Positions 13,087 to 26,408 are shown, counted from the stretch's first letter. The stretch: 64,000 bases of DNA from Octopus sinensis (GCF_006345805.1 NC_042998.1:186992001-187056000); one strand, 5' to 3'. Program-made: numbers and translations. Notes: a model not told the origin generated them from the sequence alone.

Positions 13087-13378
13087 AATGCCGGTGGCAT
13101 GTAAGAAAACCATCCAAACGTGACCATTGCCAGTGCTGGTGACATGTAAAAAGCACCATCCAATCATGGCCGTTGCCAGCCTCGCCTGGTACCTGTGCCG
13201 GTGGCACGTAAAAAGCACCCACTACACTCACGGAGTGGTTGGCGTTAGGAAGGGCATCCAGCTGTAGAAACACTGCCAGATCTGACTGGGCCTGGTGCAG
13301 CCTTCGGGCTTCCCAGACCCCAGTTGAACCGTCCAACCCATGCTAGCATGGAAAGCGGACGTTAAACGATGATGATGA
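13087..13378 (+). mobile_element. Family A retroposon
   Basis: VNTR units + RTE tail + (GAT)n. Confidence 0.9.
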
Positions 13379-13574
13379 TATGTAGTTATTTATTTATTCA
13401 TACAGTTAGTTAGATATTACATATAAAACAAATTTGAGCAAAGACAAATAAGTCAGTATGGCTAGTGACATGAAGTTGTGTAACAAAGACAAATAAAGGT
13501 ATATTATACATCACACAAGATAAATTATTGATTTATTGGAATTATCTTTCCTTTGAGAGACAATAAACAAATGC

Positions 13575-13596
13575 CTAGTGACAATTATGACTAACT
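13575..13596 (-). other. Diverged duplicate of the 22-nt micro-exon with a weak GC donor
   Basis: cctgctcattcAG|agttagtcataattgtcactag|GCATTT; 44/53 identity with 13907-13959. Confidence 0.35.
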
Positions 13597-13906
13597 CTGA
13601 ATGAGCAGGGGAGATAATCTCAAGAATTCTCTGGAATCAACATGCCATTGAAAAAAGGAAAGATAACCTATTTTTCTGAAGATAAGAGGATAGCTGTGGA
13701 CACAAGTTTCTGCCTCAATAAGTATCATCATTTGTTCCACCTTGACTTCAGTAGATGTAAAATTTAGATATATACAAAAAGAGTAGAAAATGTATATGGA
13801 CTAGCATAATTAGAACAAAAATAGGTTAACAGAAATGACTCAGTGTAGAAAGTGGCATGAATTTTGTACATTAATATAAATTTTTAATTTGTTGAAATTA
13901 GCTTAC

Positions 13907-13928
13907 CTGGTGACAATTTTGATCAACT
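13907..13928 (-). CDS. Candidate 22-nt micro-exon
   Basis: ttttctcttctcattcAG|agttgatcaaaattgtcaccag|GTAAGC; two open frames (LIKIVT or VDQNCHQ). Confidence 0.45.
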
Positions 13929-13999
13929 CTGAATGAGAAGAGAAAATAATTTCAAGAATCAAGAACTTTGGTGTAAGTGGGTGTATATATATGTATATA

Positions 14000-14330
14000 A
14001 AGGGTAAGGGGACCCCCTTTAATCATGAATGACCATGGGATTGCACCTAGAAAGTTCCTCTCTGAGGCACAAGTCTGGGCAAGGTTGTTTATGGAAGACC
14101 AGAAGTTGCCCATACATGCATACCATCCTCCCCTCTCCACACCACTGATGTTATCCAAGGGAAAGGCAAAGGCAGATACTTCTTGGCACCAGTGACATCA
14201 CAACTCATTTCTACAGCTGTGTAAATTGGAGTAATGTGAAATAAAGTGTCTTGCTCCAGACCAGGAATCAAACTCACTACCTCATGATTGTGAGACCAAT
14301 GCTCTAACTATTGAACCATGTGCCTTATAC
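14000..14330 (-). mobile_element. tRNA-headed SINE with CORE-like segment and RTE-like tail
   Basis: Minus strand: aaggcacatggttcaatagttagagc...gtttgattcctgg..gagcaagacactttatttcac, tail ttggataacatcagtggtgtggagagggg. Confidence 0.6.
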
Positions 14331-14359
14331 TATATATACACACACACATATATATATTT

Positions 14360-14460
14360 AGATCAAAATTGAAGTCTGGTGCAGCCATCTGGTTCGCCAG
14401 CCCTCAGTCATTCGTCCAACCCATGCTAGCATGGAAAGTGGATGTTAAACGATGATGATG
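14360..14460 (+). mobile_element. Family A 3' tail fragment
   Basis: ctggtgcagccatctggttcgccagccctcagtc...gctagcatggaaagtggatgttaaacgatgatgatg. Confidence 0.8.
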
Positions 14461-14469
14461 ATATATATA

Positions 14470-15990
14470 TATGGAAAGAGTTATACTTTGCTTAATTAGA
14501 GAGTTAGACTAGATGAGATGCAGTTTGGTTTTTGCCAAGGTTAAATACTACAGATGATGTCTTTTTAGTGAGACAACTGCTGAAGTACTTTAGGTAAAAG
14601 CAAGTTGCTGTATTTTAGTATTTGTAAAGCCAGAGAAAACCTTTGACAGGGTCCCTTGCTCTGTGATTTGTTGGTTACTGAGGAAGTTAGGAGTAAATGA
14701 ATTGTTTGTGAGAGCCATACAAGTCATGTACAGAGGTGCTTTCAATAAATTTAGTGTGTAGGTAGGAGTTCACCAGGGCTCAGTTCTCAGTCCTCTTCTA
14801 TGTGTCATAGTTCTCCAGGCCAGTGCAGAGGAGTTTAAAACCAGTTGCCTGCAGAAATTCCTTTATGCTGATGTTCTCATTTTTATAGATGAATGTGTAG
14901 TAGAATCAGAAATGAAATTGCAAATGTGTAGGCAAAACCTGGAATCAAAGGGCCACAAAATTAACGTCGCAAAGACCCTCAGTAAGCAGGAAAACAGGCA
15001 GAATTCTGTTTCCATCAGAGAAATGGCCTCAAAATGTAGAAAAGGTGCACCCAATGTAAACTACAGACACACAAGAGATGAAGTGATATCATGGACAGGT
15101 CAACAAAGGAAGTAGACCTGGTGGCATATATGAAGGAGCAATAAACACAAAGAGTGCATAGGAAATAAGCCTCAAATGACCCAATTAGCAGTAGAAGAGG
15201 ATATTCTAAGAATATAGTTGCTAGAACAGGTTGGAAAAAGTTCGAAGAGCTTTGTCTTTGCAGGTAAGAAAAAGCTTTCTCTCTCAGAAAGAAAGGAAAA
15301 TTGTATATGATACTTGTATTTGAGCAACAAGGCTACACAGTAGAGAGACATGAGCCCTGAATGTAGAGAATTTGCAAAAATTACAAAGAAATGAAGCTAG
15401 AATACTCTGTTGGATACACAATATAAGTGTCCATGAGTGACAAAGTATCTGTTGAGAAAAATGAGGCATAAGAAGAATCAGATGTAGTGTGCTAGTACCG
15501 CCTGACTGGCTCTCATGCCAGTGGCACATAAAAGCAGCCACTACACTCTCGGAGTGGTTGGCGTTAGGAAGGGCATCCAGCTGTAAAAACTCTGCCAGAT
15601 CAGATTAGAGTCTGGTGCAGCCATCTGGTTCGCCAGACCTCAGTCAAATCATCCAACCCATGCTAGCATGGAAAGCGGACATTAAACGATGATGATGTGC
15701 AAGAGAGGAGACTGCACTGGTATGGCCATATGCTGCTTATGGATCTGGACAGTCAGCTGTATAACAAATTGGTTTTATTCCTTAAAGTGGATGGAACTTG
15801 TGGAAGAGAGAGACGCAGGAAGACATGGGATTAAGTGGTGAAAGCTGATTTCAGGCCATTGAACTTCATGGGGAAGATAACAAAGGACCAGGGTGACTGG
15901 TGATATGTGGTGTTCAAGATGTGCCCACCTTACTAAAAACTGAAGTTCTGGAAGCATAATGTATAAACGCACACAACTTAGCCCCTGGCC
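14470..15990 (+). mobile_element. Degenerate RTE-clade LINE (RT to 3' end)
   Basis: gagatgcagtttggtttt (EMQFGF), EK.FDRVP, GVHQGSVLSPLL-like codons with stops and frameshifts; interrupted at 15500-15696. Confidence 0.85.
15500..15696 (+). mobile_element. Family A retroposon nested in RTE
   Basis: ctcggagtggttggcgttaggaagggcatcc...gctagcatggaaagcggacattaaacgatgatgatg. Confidence 0.9.
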
Positions 15991-16534
15991 CAGTTTCTTC
16001 CTCAAGCTGTCCACTGCCATGCCCTTATCTTTCTATGAATGATCCTTCCACCAACTACCTATTTTCAGTGTCCTGCTGCTGTAATTCAATGAGAGCAGAA
16101 CTGCATATTTCATCATCTTTTTTCAGTAATGGAACCACTTCGCTTGACATCTAGCCTTCATTCTTCACATTGTCTATCTCCACTCACATTTTACATTGAG
16201 CACCCTGCTGTGCTATCAAATTCTCTTTCACTTTCCCAATGCATGACTTCTCTCTCCTCACACTCTTGTAATCTACCCACCCACACATCATCTCCCTTTC
16301 TCTTATCCTTACCCTGTCTATTATTATTATTATTACAGTTTATATTTATATTATACAGAATTTATACTGTTACCATTTTTCTACATTGCACAAGCTTCTT
16401 TATGTAACCCCACATTGTATTGTCCTGTACCATCCCCAATTTATTTTGCTGGTTCTCTGAAGGTTCTCTTGTACATCTATCACAGGCAAAGAATTTATTC
16501 ACTGTCACCATGTCTTTGATTCCACAACAACTCT

Positions 16535-16856
16535 TGTGCTGGTGGCACGTGAAAAAGCATTTGAGCGAGGTCATTGCCAGTACCGCTGGACTGGCTCCTG
16601 TGCAGGTGGCACATAAAAAAGCACCATTTGAGTGTGGCCATTGCCAGTACCACCTGACTGGCCCACGTGCCGGTGGCATGTAAAAGCACCCACTACAATC
16701 TTGGAGTGGTTGGCATTAGGAAGGGTATCCAGCTGTAGAAACTCTGCTTGATCAGATTGGAGTCTGGTGCAGCCATCTGGTTCACCAGACCTCAGTCAAA
16801 TCGTCCAACCCATGCTAGCATGGAAAGCGGACGTTAAATGATGATGATGATGATGA
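16535..16856 (+). mobile_element. Family A retroposon (diverged units)
   Basis: Three diverged VNTR units + tail + (GAT)n. Confidence 0.9.
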
Positions 16857-16869
16857 CTTTACTTGTATA

Positions 16870-19150
16870 TTGAGCATGGTCATTTCCCTGCAAGTAGTAG
16901 AGTCTTGTCTTCCTTTCTACTAAATAGAACTAGTCTTTACTATGGTTACTCTGAGATCTCTTGATATTAGGCTTTGTCTGGAATTTCTTCTATAAATCAT
17001 TCACAGCCTCTATTATAAGAACTAGGTCCTCTACATATAGAAGTTCCCACAGGAAACTGGTTTTAAACTCAACTATTATGATCTGGAGAACTATAATAAA
17101 TAGGAAAGGGCTGGTAAGTGACACTTGTATGGCAGTGATGCTCATTTGCAATCAGCACGTGATATCAAGACAAAGAAACAAGTCAACCGCCTCATCACCA
17201 ACCAATCTCACCATTGATATGGGCTATAAGAAGTATGGAGGTACTATTAAGAAAGGTTGCTGAATATGGAGAATGCATGGGATAAAGAGGGGCTACTTCA
17301 TGCTGACCCCACTACTTTCTGTTGACCCCAGTGTGCTAGATAAAACAATTAAGGACATGAAGAGAGGGAAAGCTGCAAGCCCATCGGAGATAGTTGAAGA
17401 GATGCTCAACATATCTGATGAGGTAGGATATATGATTACCACATGGAGAATTAGTGTCATAGCCAATGACCGGTTTAACAGCATCACTGTAAATTGCTAC
17501 GAAAGCAAAGGAGATGCCTTAGAGAGAGGACATTACAGAGGAATCATACTACTGGTTCAGGTCATGAAGGTCACAGAGTCATAACAAAAATGATACATGA
17601 CAGAGTAGACCTACATGAGATGCAGTTTGGCAAAGTACCCAGAAGAAATAGCATGGAAATAATTTTCCCTGTGCCGGTGGCATGCAAAAAGCACCCACTA
17701 CACTCTCAGAGTGGTTGGCGTTAGGAAAGGCATCCAGCTGTAGAAACTCTGCCAGATCAAGATTGGAGCCTGGTGCAGCCATCTGGTTTGCCAGCGCTCA
17801 GTCAAAATCGTCCAACCCATGCTAGCATGGAAAGCAGACTTAACAAAGAGTTAAGTACTTCTCCTAGCATTCATTGGCTTGAAGATGGCATTTGACAGGA
17901 TACCATGTTCAGTAATTTAGTGATCACTAAGGGAATTAGGTGTAAATAAATGGCTTGTGAAGGTTGTACAAACTATCCATGTTCAAAGATACAGTAAGTA
18001 AAGTGAGAGTTAATGATTTTGGTGACAAATTTAGCTTGAAGGTAGGAATTCATCATGATTCAGTTTTTGGTCCTCTTCTATTTATCACAATCCTACAGGC
18101 CATCACAAAGAAGTTTAAGACTGCCTGTCCATATGAACTCCTATACATCTCTGAATCTATAGTAGAATTTTAAAAAACCATTCCAGCATGAAAGCTAGCC
18201 CTATAATTGAGGGCCTCAGGGTAAACTTAACAAAGACTAAGGTTTTAGTAAGAAGTAAAGCAGATAAGATCTAGGTATCTTCAGGGAAATGATCTTACTC
18301 AATATGCAGATAAGGACTAAGTATAAACTCCTTATGCTATACCCAATGTAAGCTATGGACACAAAAGTGTAGTAGAAATACAGGTAGAAAGAAAGCTTTG
18401 TATGTGATAGGAGTATTGGAATGATATTTACTATGAGTACACTAGAAAGAAATTACCTTCAATGCCCAGATGGCTCACTAGAAATAGTTGATAGCTTTTG
18501 TTACCTAGTGGACATATTTGGCAGGGAAGTGCTTGCTCTGAAAGTGTAGTAGCTAGGATAAGAAAGAGTAGGTAAAATTTCAAGAAGCTACTACCACTAC
18601 TGGCAATGAAAGCCTTTTCTCTCAGAGTTAAAGGGCAGATTGTATGACACTTGTGTTAGAACTGCGAAGCTGCATGATAGCGAAACATAGGCCTTGAATG
18701 TGGACTTCAGAGGAATGGAAAGAAATGAAGTGAGTAATCTCCATTGGATGTGCTAAATAAGTGTGCATGAACAGCAAAGTGTATCTATGTTGAGAAGACA
18801 AATAGGCATAAGAGGAATCAGGTGAGAGTACAAGAAAGAAGCCTGTGCTGGTATGGAGATGTGATGTGTATGGATGATGACACCTGTATAACAAAGTACC
18901 AATCATGTAATGTAGATGGAGCTTGCAAAAAAGGAGACTCAGGAGACATGGGACAAAATGGTGAAAGCTGATCTCAGGACCTTGAACCTCATGGAGGAGA
19001 TGACAAAGGGATGGGATGTCTGATTATATGTAGAACTTGAGAAGACACTAATTTTGATAAAGCTGAGATTCTAAAACACACTGTGTTTGTGTACATGCAC
19101 AACTAGGTCCATAACCTAATCTCTTCCTCAAACCATCCCTGCAACCCTTC
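16870..19150 (+). mobile_element. Degenerate RTE-clade LINE (endonuclease remnant, RT, 3' UTR)
   Basis: KTIKDMKRGKAASPSEIVEEML; SKVRVNDFGDKFSLKVGIHHDSVFGPLLFITILQAITKKFKTACPYELLY; its 3' end resembles that of the copy at 14470. Confidence 0.85.
17668..17840 (+). mobile_element. Family A retroposon nested in RTE
   Basis: gtgccggtggcatgcaaaaagcacccactac...gctagcatggaaagcagac. Confidence 0.9.
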
Positions 19151-19665
19151 ATCTCCTGACCCAATACAAGTGTGGTTGCCATGCAGCTTGTAAGACAAAG
19201 AGCTCCTTTGACTGAGTGGTGCTACAGTAGAAATGCTAGGATATGTGAGGTTAAAATGTGAAAGTAGAAGTCAGAACAGAGCAGGTTTCTTGCTGTTGAG
19301 GATCCACATAGCTACATGCATTATAGAAAAGAAGGTGGAAGTAACTAGGGAGGTTCTTGAGAGATAAAATAGTGGTGATAAGGTGTCAGGGTGGACCATC
19401 AAGGTACAAGGTGAATAAAAGAGAGTGGGGACAGGAGAGGAAGTGTGGGTTGGTAGAGGTTGCAATAGAGTGTGGGGAGAGTCAGGGATAGTTAGAGATG
19501 GGGAACTGATGAGGGAGTAAATATAATGAAGAAGTATTGAGGGATGATAAATGCAGATTGGAGGAAAAGTAGGGAAGACTAATTGATAACTATTGAGACT
19601 GGTTAGGGTTATCGGATTATAGATATTTTTATGCATGTTTTTTTTTATATACATTTGTGTGTGTG

Positions 19666-19701
<36 letters not shown>

Positions 19702-20879
19702 TATATATATATCATCACTGTTTAATGTCTGCCTTCCAGACTGGCATGGGCTGGACTAAAGATATATATATATAACACAAGTTAAGTTAGGGGTTATGGG
19801 TGTAACCCACTAAGGGATAGTATTTATCCAATATACTGTTGGTAAAGTATCCAGATTCTTAATACATAAATGTTTTTAATTGCAATGCAATTAACTTATT
19901 TATTGTATTAAACGGGTGTGAGAAAAAAGTTGTCAGAATTTTGGAAAATTTTTTTTTATTTCTTCATTATTATTATTAGCACTTTCGTTCGTTTCTCAAA
20001 TAAAAGTTTGTGAATGTACAAACAGCTTGTTCATTTATATAAAACATGTTTTTTTGTAGTTTTGTTTAGAAGAGAACATTGTTTTTTTTTGTTTTTTTTA
20101 ATGAGGGTCCATTGACAAAGGAGATGGATAGATAGAAATATAGGTAGGTAGATAGGCTGATAGATAAATAGATGGATAGATAGATAGGTATCTATCTATC
20201 TATATATCTAGTGTGGGAAGGAAGGAGAGCATCTAGATCAGAAATGTGTGATATGGGGGTGGGAAAGTAGGGGTGCAAAAGATATATGTGGAGAGAAAGA
20301 AAGAAAGAGAGAGAGGTGTACAGTGACAGAGATGGATGTCAGAGGTACATAAGGTTAGCTACAGTGTAAGTGGAAGACAAAGGGGAAGGGTAGGTCATCA
20401 ACATCAGATATGCTGGGGTGATGAGAACAATAGCAAATATAGCAAAGATAAGGTAATGGCTGTCCAAAGATGTACCTCAAGGAAGCAGAAAAAGGGGTGA
20501 TAGGCAGAAAATATAGAGAGAATGGGTGATACTGAAAATGAGGGCTGGATTTAAAAACAAAGTGGTCATCATCCATACACATGAAAGAGAAATGCCACAA
20601 AAAAAGGTTATGCGTGGATATGTTTCCAATGAACTGCAAAAAAATAACAATGACTTGTGATAAGGTAGCATTTTAAAAGCTATACTTTTGCAATCAAAGA
20701 GCAGGAGATAATGAATGACAAAATATCTCACAAACAAATGGGCTAACAAAGCTCTCAAAATCCCAAGATGCCGTGACAAGAGTTGATTATGTCACACTTC
20801 TGTGGAGAATATGACGAATAACCAGCAGCTGGCCAAAAATGTGATCAAGGTACTACTTCCCATTGAAACATTATTTTGG

Positions 20880-21520
20880 TTTCAGTTTTTGGCACAAGGC
20901 CAGCAGTTTTGGGGTAGGGGATAAGTCAATTACATTGATCCCAGTGCTCAACTGGTACTTATTTTTATCGACCCCGAAAGGATGAAAAGCAAAGTCAACC
21001 TTGACGGCATTTTCACTCAGAACGTAAAGATGGATGAAATGTCGCCAAGTATTTTGCCTGGCACAGGAACGATTCTTATTTCTTTATTGCCCACAAGGGG
21101 CTAAACATAGAGGGGACAAACAAGGACAGACAAAGGGATTAAGTTGATTACATCGACACCATGCGTAACTGGTACTTAATTTATCGACCCCGAAAGGATG
21201 AAAGGCAAAGTCGACCTCGGCGGGATTTGAACTCAGAACATAAAGATGGATGAATGTCGCCAAGTATTTTGCCTGGCACAGGAACGATTCTTATTTCTTT
21301 ATTGCCCACAAGGGGCTAAACATAGAGGGGACAAACAAGGACAGACAAAGGGATTAAGTTGATTACATCGACACCATGCGTAACTGGTACTTAATTTATC
21401 GACCCCGAAAGGATGAAAGGCAAAGTCGACCTCGGCGGGATTTGAACTCAGAACATAACGACAGAAGAAATACTGCTAAGCATTTCGCCCAGTGTGCTAA
21501 CGATTCTGCCAGCTTGCTGA
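20880..21520 (-). mobile_element. SINE family D cluster (old + young copies) with ~215-bp tandem duplication
   Basis: Minus strand: gaggtcgactttgcctttcatcctttcggggtcgataaattaagtaccagt; 21015-21230 repeated at 21231-21458. Confidence 0.85.
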
Positions 21521-21679
21521 GACATTATATTGTTGTCAAAACAATTCACAATGATACAATGCCGTCCATAGAAAAAATTGCCCTGGGATAAATATAAACA
21601 ACACCTCTGCAATGGTATATATACATATCAGAACAAAGAATAATGGTTCAATATTCCCATCAAAACTTCTAATTACAAC

Positions 21680-21900
21680 ACAGTTATTTGGAACAGAAAA
21701 GAAAAATCAAGTACAATTATAGAGGTTAGTTGCTCCCCAGATGTGAACATCTCTTCTAAAATCAGTGAGATGGAGATTATCTAAGGACAGCCGCTCTGAA
21801 ACCTGTGGTACACTTAGTCATATTAATAAATGCCTAAACTACAATCTGGAGAAGCTAAGGCTTTCAAGCAAAGAAAGAAATGGGCTAACATGAACTTTAC
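21680..21900 (+). mobile_element. Restriction-like-endonuclease LINE (R4/Dong/NeSL-like) 3' fragment
   Basis: Translation WNRKEKSSTIIEVSCSPDVNISSKISE, followed by stops. Confidence 0.6.
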
Positions 21901-22737
21901 AATTTGTACGTGGATGAGTTAAAATATGCAAGACTTTCTGAAAGTTTAAACATATATCGTTGTTATACAAATTCAAATCAAAGGGGTTTACATGTTTATA
22001 CTGGTGATAAATGTAAACTCCACTTTGATTTGAAACCAGTTCGATATGTTCTAATGCACGAAACTCGGCACTTGCGTCACTCAGTAACTTCTGGCGATTA
22101 TTAATAAAAAAAAAAGCACATTTATCTTAATTGTTTCGTGTTTTATTTTCCTGTTCGGATTACAAAACAAATATATATTTATATATATATATACCACAGT
22201 ATGAGTGTGTGAAATAAAAGAGAGGAAGATTCATTTGCCTGAAATCTTTATTTGACCGCTAGACAAACGTGTTATACCCAAATACCTAACATGGCCCAAA
22301 TCGTAACAGCTTTGATGACGTAATAAGGCGCCAAACTGCTGACAACGATGGAAATTGTGCTGGTGAGAAGCACGACGTCTTACGGAAGCCACTTTCATAC
22401 ATAACATCTCACTTCCCATCCCCTTGTTTCGTTACAATATCACATGCTTACTTTACAAGTGTATATGTAACTTAGTTCACAAAGAATGCATGTGAGATAA
22501 TATATTATAACAATGCTGATTGATTACGCACATACATATATTCTCGTCAAAAAAAGTCTACATAGCACTTTTTGTATCAAGTTTTATTCATATAAACTCT
22601 CATGGATTACTTTCTTTCATAAATATACATGAGTGTGTGTGTGTGTGTGTGTGCGTGCGTGCGTGTGTGTAGTCATCTTATTAGGTAGGTATCTCATCCT
22701 TTAAAAAATGTTTTTTTTTTCCTCTCTCCCCGATGAC

Positions 22738-22748
22738 CAAAATGGCGG
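22738..22748 (+). promoter_or_regulatory. YY1-type motif CAAAATGGCGG in a repeat-poor, CpG-containing zone
   Basis: Exact motif; a CRE-like TGACGTAA near 22316. Confidence 0.25.
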
Positions 22749-22905
22749 AAATAAAACGGTTTTATAAATTGGATATTTATCAACTACGATCCACTAGTAT
22801 TAAACAGGCTACCGTCGACACCGACAACCTACCACCATTACCACAGCGTTTGCACTTGCCTAGAAGAGAGGTGATACCTAACTTGGTTTATCTACAGTAG
22901 CTTAC

Positions 22906-22955
22906 TGGAGATTGTCAACTGACACTTCAAGTAGGCGATAAAAATCAATAATTTC
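22906..22955 (-). CDS. Candidate 50-nt exon (EIIDFYRLLEVSVDNL or KLLIFIAYLKCQLTIS)
   Basis: ttctccactgccttatAG|gaaatt...ctcca|GTAAGC; two open frames. Confidence 0.4.
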
Positions 22956-24324
22956 CTATAAGGCAGTGGAGAACGAAAATTAAAAGCAATCTTTATTAAT
23001 TAATCTATTCGTCTCAGTTCTGATAAATTCTTACATATACTCAATGTTGAAACAATAAAAATATTTAATATTATGTAAAACACATCAATTTTTTTTTTAA
23101 ATCAGGCATTTGAAATTTTTTTGTTACTTTCACCTATTAATTTGTCTTGTAGCTAGCTTAGCTGTCTTCTGATAATTCTAAGATTGTTATATCGTTATCT
23201 TGCAGGATAGAAAATATAATCTAGCTTATATTTCTTTCTGATGCATTTGGTATCTCTGAGGAACATATTTAACGAAAATTATAGGGAGGGGGTGTGCGTG
23301 TGTGTTCACTGCTGTGTATAAAGCACGAGTGCACAACTGCTAGTGTAAAACGCATGTGCACAAAGCAAAGTTTCAGGTGTGGCAGACCCCCGTGTTTATT
23401 GTACGTAGTACGACTCGTCTCGAGGCAGCACCTGGTTTAACCTGACACCTAGCCGTACGTTAAATCCCTGTTCATGCCAATGTTCTTTTATTAATACCTT
23501 AATTAAGTGGAAAAAATTATAATTGTCGAAAAGTGAAACCGCTCTCAGAAAATGAGAAAGACGGAGACTCAACAAGGTGCGACTAGAGTGAATGTATAAT
23601 CTACTGGATGTACACCATCAGCCACAAACTAAATGGTATATATACGTTGCTCTACGAACACAATTCAGCTTTCACCCATTTTTCATAACTGGAAGTGACT
23701 TCTAAAGTAAACAAGTAATGTACGTTTAACAACAGAAAGTTTGCTGCGGGATATGTCTAAAAAACAAAATCTAAACAACTAAATAGTATTTTTTTTATTT
23801 ACCATAATATCAAAATTTATTTTATATAATAACAAAACTTATTTTCTGTTAAATATTCCAATGAAACTCCGCTGTTTACAATAAAATATAAACACTTTAA
23901 TTTCATCCTTCTTAAAACTACTTCCGGTAGCTACATTCTCTCATAAGACCAAAACGTAGCCAAGGCTGCATGCGTGGCTCAGTTTGATTTCAGTTAAATT
24001 CTTCATTACACACACACATACATATATATAGATTATCATTTATTCCTCTGTCATCTCTTTTTTTTTTCTTTTATATACACACACACTAGCAGCCGGTGTT
24101 GCTTGCATGTGTGAACGTATATCTTTCTGTGTTTCAGTCACGCCGGAGCTTGGTCACGAAGTGTTTTAGTCGAACAAATCGACCTCAGCCCTTCCGTTTT
24201 TTAGAGCCCGCTATTTAGTCTATTGTTTTTTTTCTTCTCATGTCGAGCCAAGTTTCGGGGACGTAAACAAACCAACATCGGTTAAACGGAAAACAAATAC
24301 AAACCTGAGGACACAATCATATAT

Positions 24325-24370
<46 letters not shown>

Positions 24371-24580
24371 GACGATGAGCTTCTTTCACTTTCTGTCAAC
24401 CAAATCCACTCACGAGACTTTGGTTGACTCAAGAGCTTTAGTGGAAGACTTACCCCCAAAGTGCCATGCTGGGCTACTGGATCAAGAACCATGTGGAAAA
24501 ACCTCTTACCACACGGCCACTGTAACCACATGTGGATTGTAAGCAATATTTTCCCTCTGTCTTCCTTTCCTCTGTCTCCT

Positions 24581-24615
24581 TTTTCTGACAAAGAGCTTTG
24601 CCCGAAAAGTAAAAA
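24581..24615 (+). ncRNA. Degenerate minimal type I hammerhead in a Penelope pLTR relic
   Basis: ttttCTGACAAagagctttgcccGAAAagtaaaaa aligns with the intact motif at 29701; the core and stem II are mutated. Confidence 0.45.
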
Positions 24616-24852
24616 CAATCTTTCCTTCCCTGAGTGTCTGCTAATACTTTGCATGTACCACGTCCTTGCGTCATTGTTTTTCTCTTGTATTTATTCTTCA
24701 CCTTATATATATATTTATAAAAATTATGTTTTTTTCTGAAACTTCAGATTTTTAAATATGCTAGACCACTGGTTTTAAATTGATATTAATCAAATTAATA
24801 TTCAATTTTTCACCTTTATTATTTTAAATATATATTTATTTATATATATAAG

Positions 24853-25192
24853 GTGCAGGCATGGCTGTGTGGTAAGAAGCTTGTTTCCCAACCACATAGT
24901 TCCTGGTTCAGTCCCACTGCACGGCACCTTGGGCAAGAGTCTTCTACTATAGCCTTGGGCCAGTGAGTGGATTTGGTAGATGGCAACTGAATGAAGCCCG
25001 TCGCATATATTTGTATGTGTTTGTCCCCCCACTTTCATTGGACAACCGATGTTGTGTTTGATTCCTCATAACTTAGCGGTTAGACTGATAGAATAAGTAC
25101 TAGGCTTACAAAGAATAAGTCCTGGGATCAATTTGTTCGACTAAAGTCAGTACTCTAATATGGCCACAGTCAAATGACTAAAACAAGTAAAA
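24853..25192 (+). mobile_element. SINE family B
   Basis: ggtgcaggcatggctgtgtggtaagaagcttg...ccttgggcaagagtctt...gatagaataagtact...gactaaaacaagtaaaag. Confidence 0.9.
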
Positions 25193-25269
25193 GAATATAT
25201 ATATATAAAGAGAGACAGCTGTTTAAAAATCTATGAGTCAGAGTTTTTTCTGATGATTGCCAGAGTTAC

Positions 25270-25304
25270 CTCAATTCCTGGTATGAAACCAATCGGTAAA
25301 GGGG
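25270..25304 (-). CDS. Candidate 35-nt exon (PLPIGFIPGIE or PLYRLVSYQEL)
   Basis: tatattctcatatcAG|cccc...attgag|GTAACT; both readings join the 50-nt exon in frame. Confidence 0.35.
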
Positions 25305-25643
25305 CTGATATGAGAATATATCATTGTATAATAATTACGATGGTGATGATGATAATAATAATTAGTAGTAGTAAAGCTAAAAATGTTAGAATTAACAAGG
25401 AATCCTAACTTTACTATAAACAACAAACATTTGTACCATTCTCTGCCAGGAATTTGAAACCCGGATTTGTAATTTCCAATAAAAAAAAATTTTCAATAAA
25501 CAGCTCTCTAAATTGTTTGATGTCATCAAGAAGGTAGCCACAGCTTTTGTTTGAACAGAAACCAAAAGTGATTGAGTGACATCAGCAAAAAGCTGAACAC
25601 TTAAGTTTCACAATGCATCTGACAATGTCAATAGGACACTAAC

Positions 25644-25672
25644 CAGTCAGAGTTGATAGTGCTATCAGTCAA
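25644..25672 (-). CDS. Candidate 29-nt exon (LTDSTINSD)
   Basis: cttattttgcAG|ttgact...gactg|GTTAGT; only phase 0 is open. Confidence 0.3.
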
Positions 25673-26085
25673 CTGCAAAATAAGTTCTAGCAAAAGGGAG
25701 CAGTAATAAGGAGACAGGAGGAAGGAACAAATGTCGCCAAGCATCACATTTGCTGTTGTCAAACATGAGCTGCAGTACAAACAGAATGAAATTACAAAAT
25801 GGCAGATGACACTTGCATTCCACTCATTTTTCTTCTTCCTCTCTCTCTTTGTCTCTCATGCTCACATAAGTACAAGACCAGTCTACAGCCACACCACTAC
25901 GAAAAGAACTTTCTTTTTGCTACTCTATAAACCCCAAGTAGATTGTCTGGTCAGTTGGTGAATTGAAATTTTGACTCATCATCCAATCACTTAACTCCAA
26001 CCATTTGACTGATAAATTAGTGATGCATTTAAGAACACTTACATAGCCAACAAAAATGCCCACATTTTCACAGAATGAGTGTTAC

Positions 26086-26113
26086 CAAAGTCGAACATGG
26101 AACATTATACAGC
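26086..26113 (-). CDS. Candidate 28-nt exon (LYNVPCSTL)
   Basis: ctatatttcaaatgtAG|gctg...ctttg|GTAACA. Confidence 0.25.
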
Positions 26114-26142
26114 CTACATTTGAAATATAGGTACACTGATCG

Positions 26143-26408
26143 TTACCAACGTCGCTTCACTGGCACGTGTAAAAAGATTCGAGCGAGGTCGTTGCCAGTG
26201 CCGCCTGACTGGCCCCCATGCTGGTGACACGTAAAAAGCACCCACTACTCTCGGAGTGGTTGGCGTTAGGAAGGGCATCCAGCTGTAGAAACTCTTCCAG
26301 ATCAAGATTGAAGCCTGGTGCAGCCATCTGGTTCACCAGCCCTCAGTCAGAATCGTCCAACCCATGCTAGCATGGAAAGCGGACGTTAAACGATGATGAT
26401 GATGATGA
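26143..26408 (+). mobile_element. Family A retroposon
   Basis: Two units + RTE tail + (GAT)n. Confidence 0.9.
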
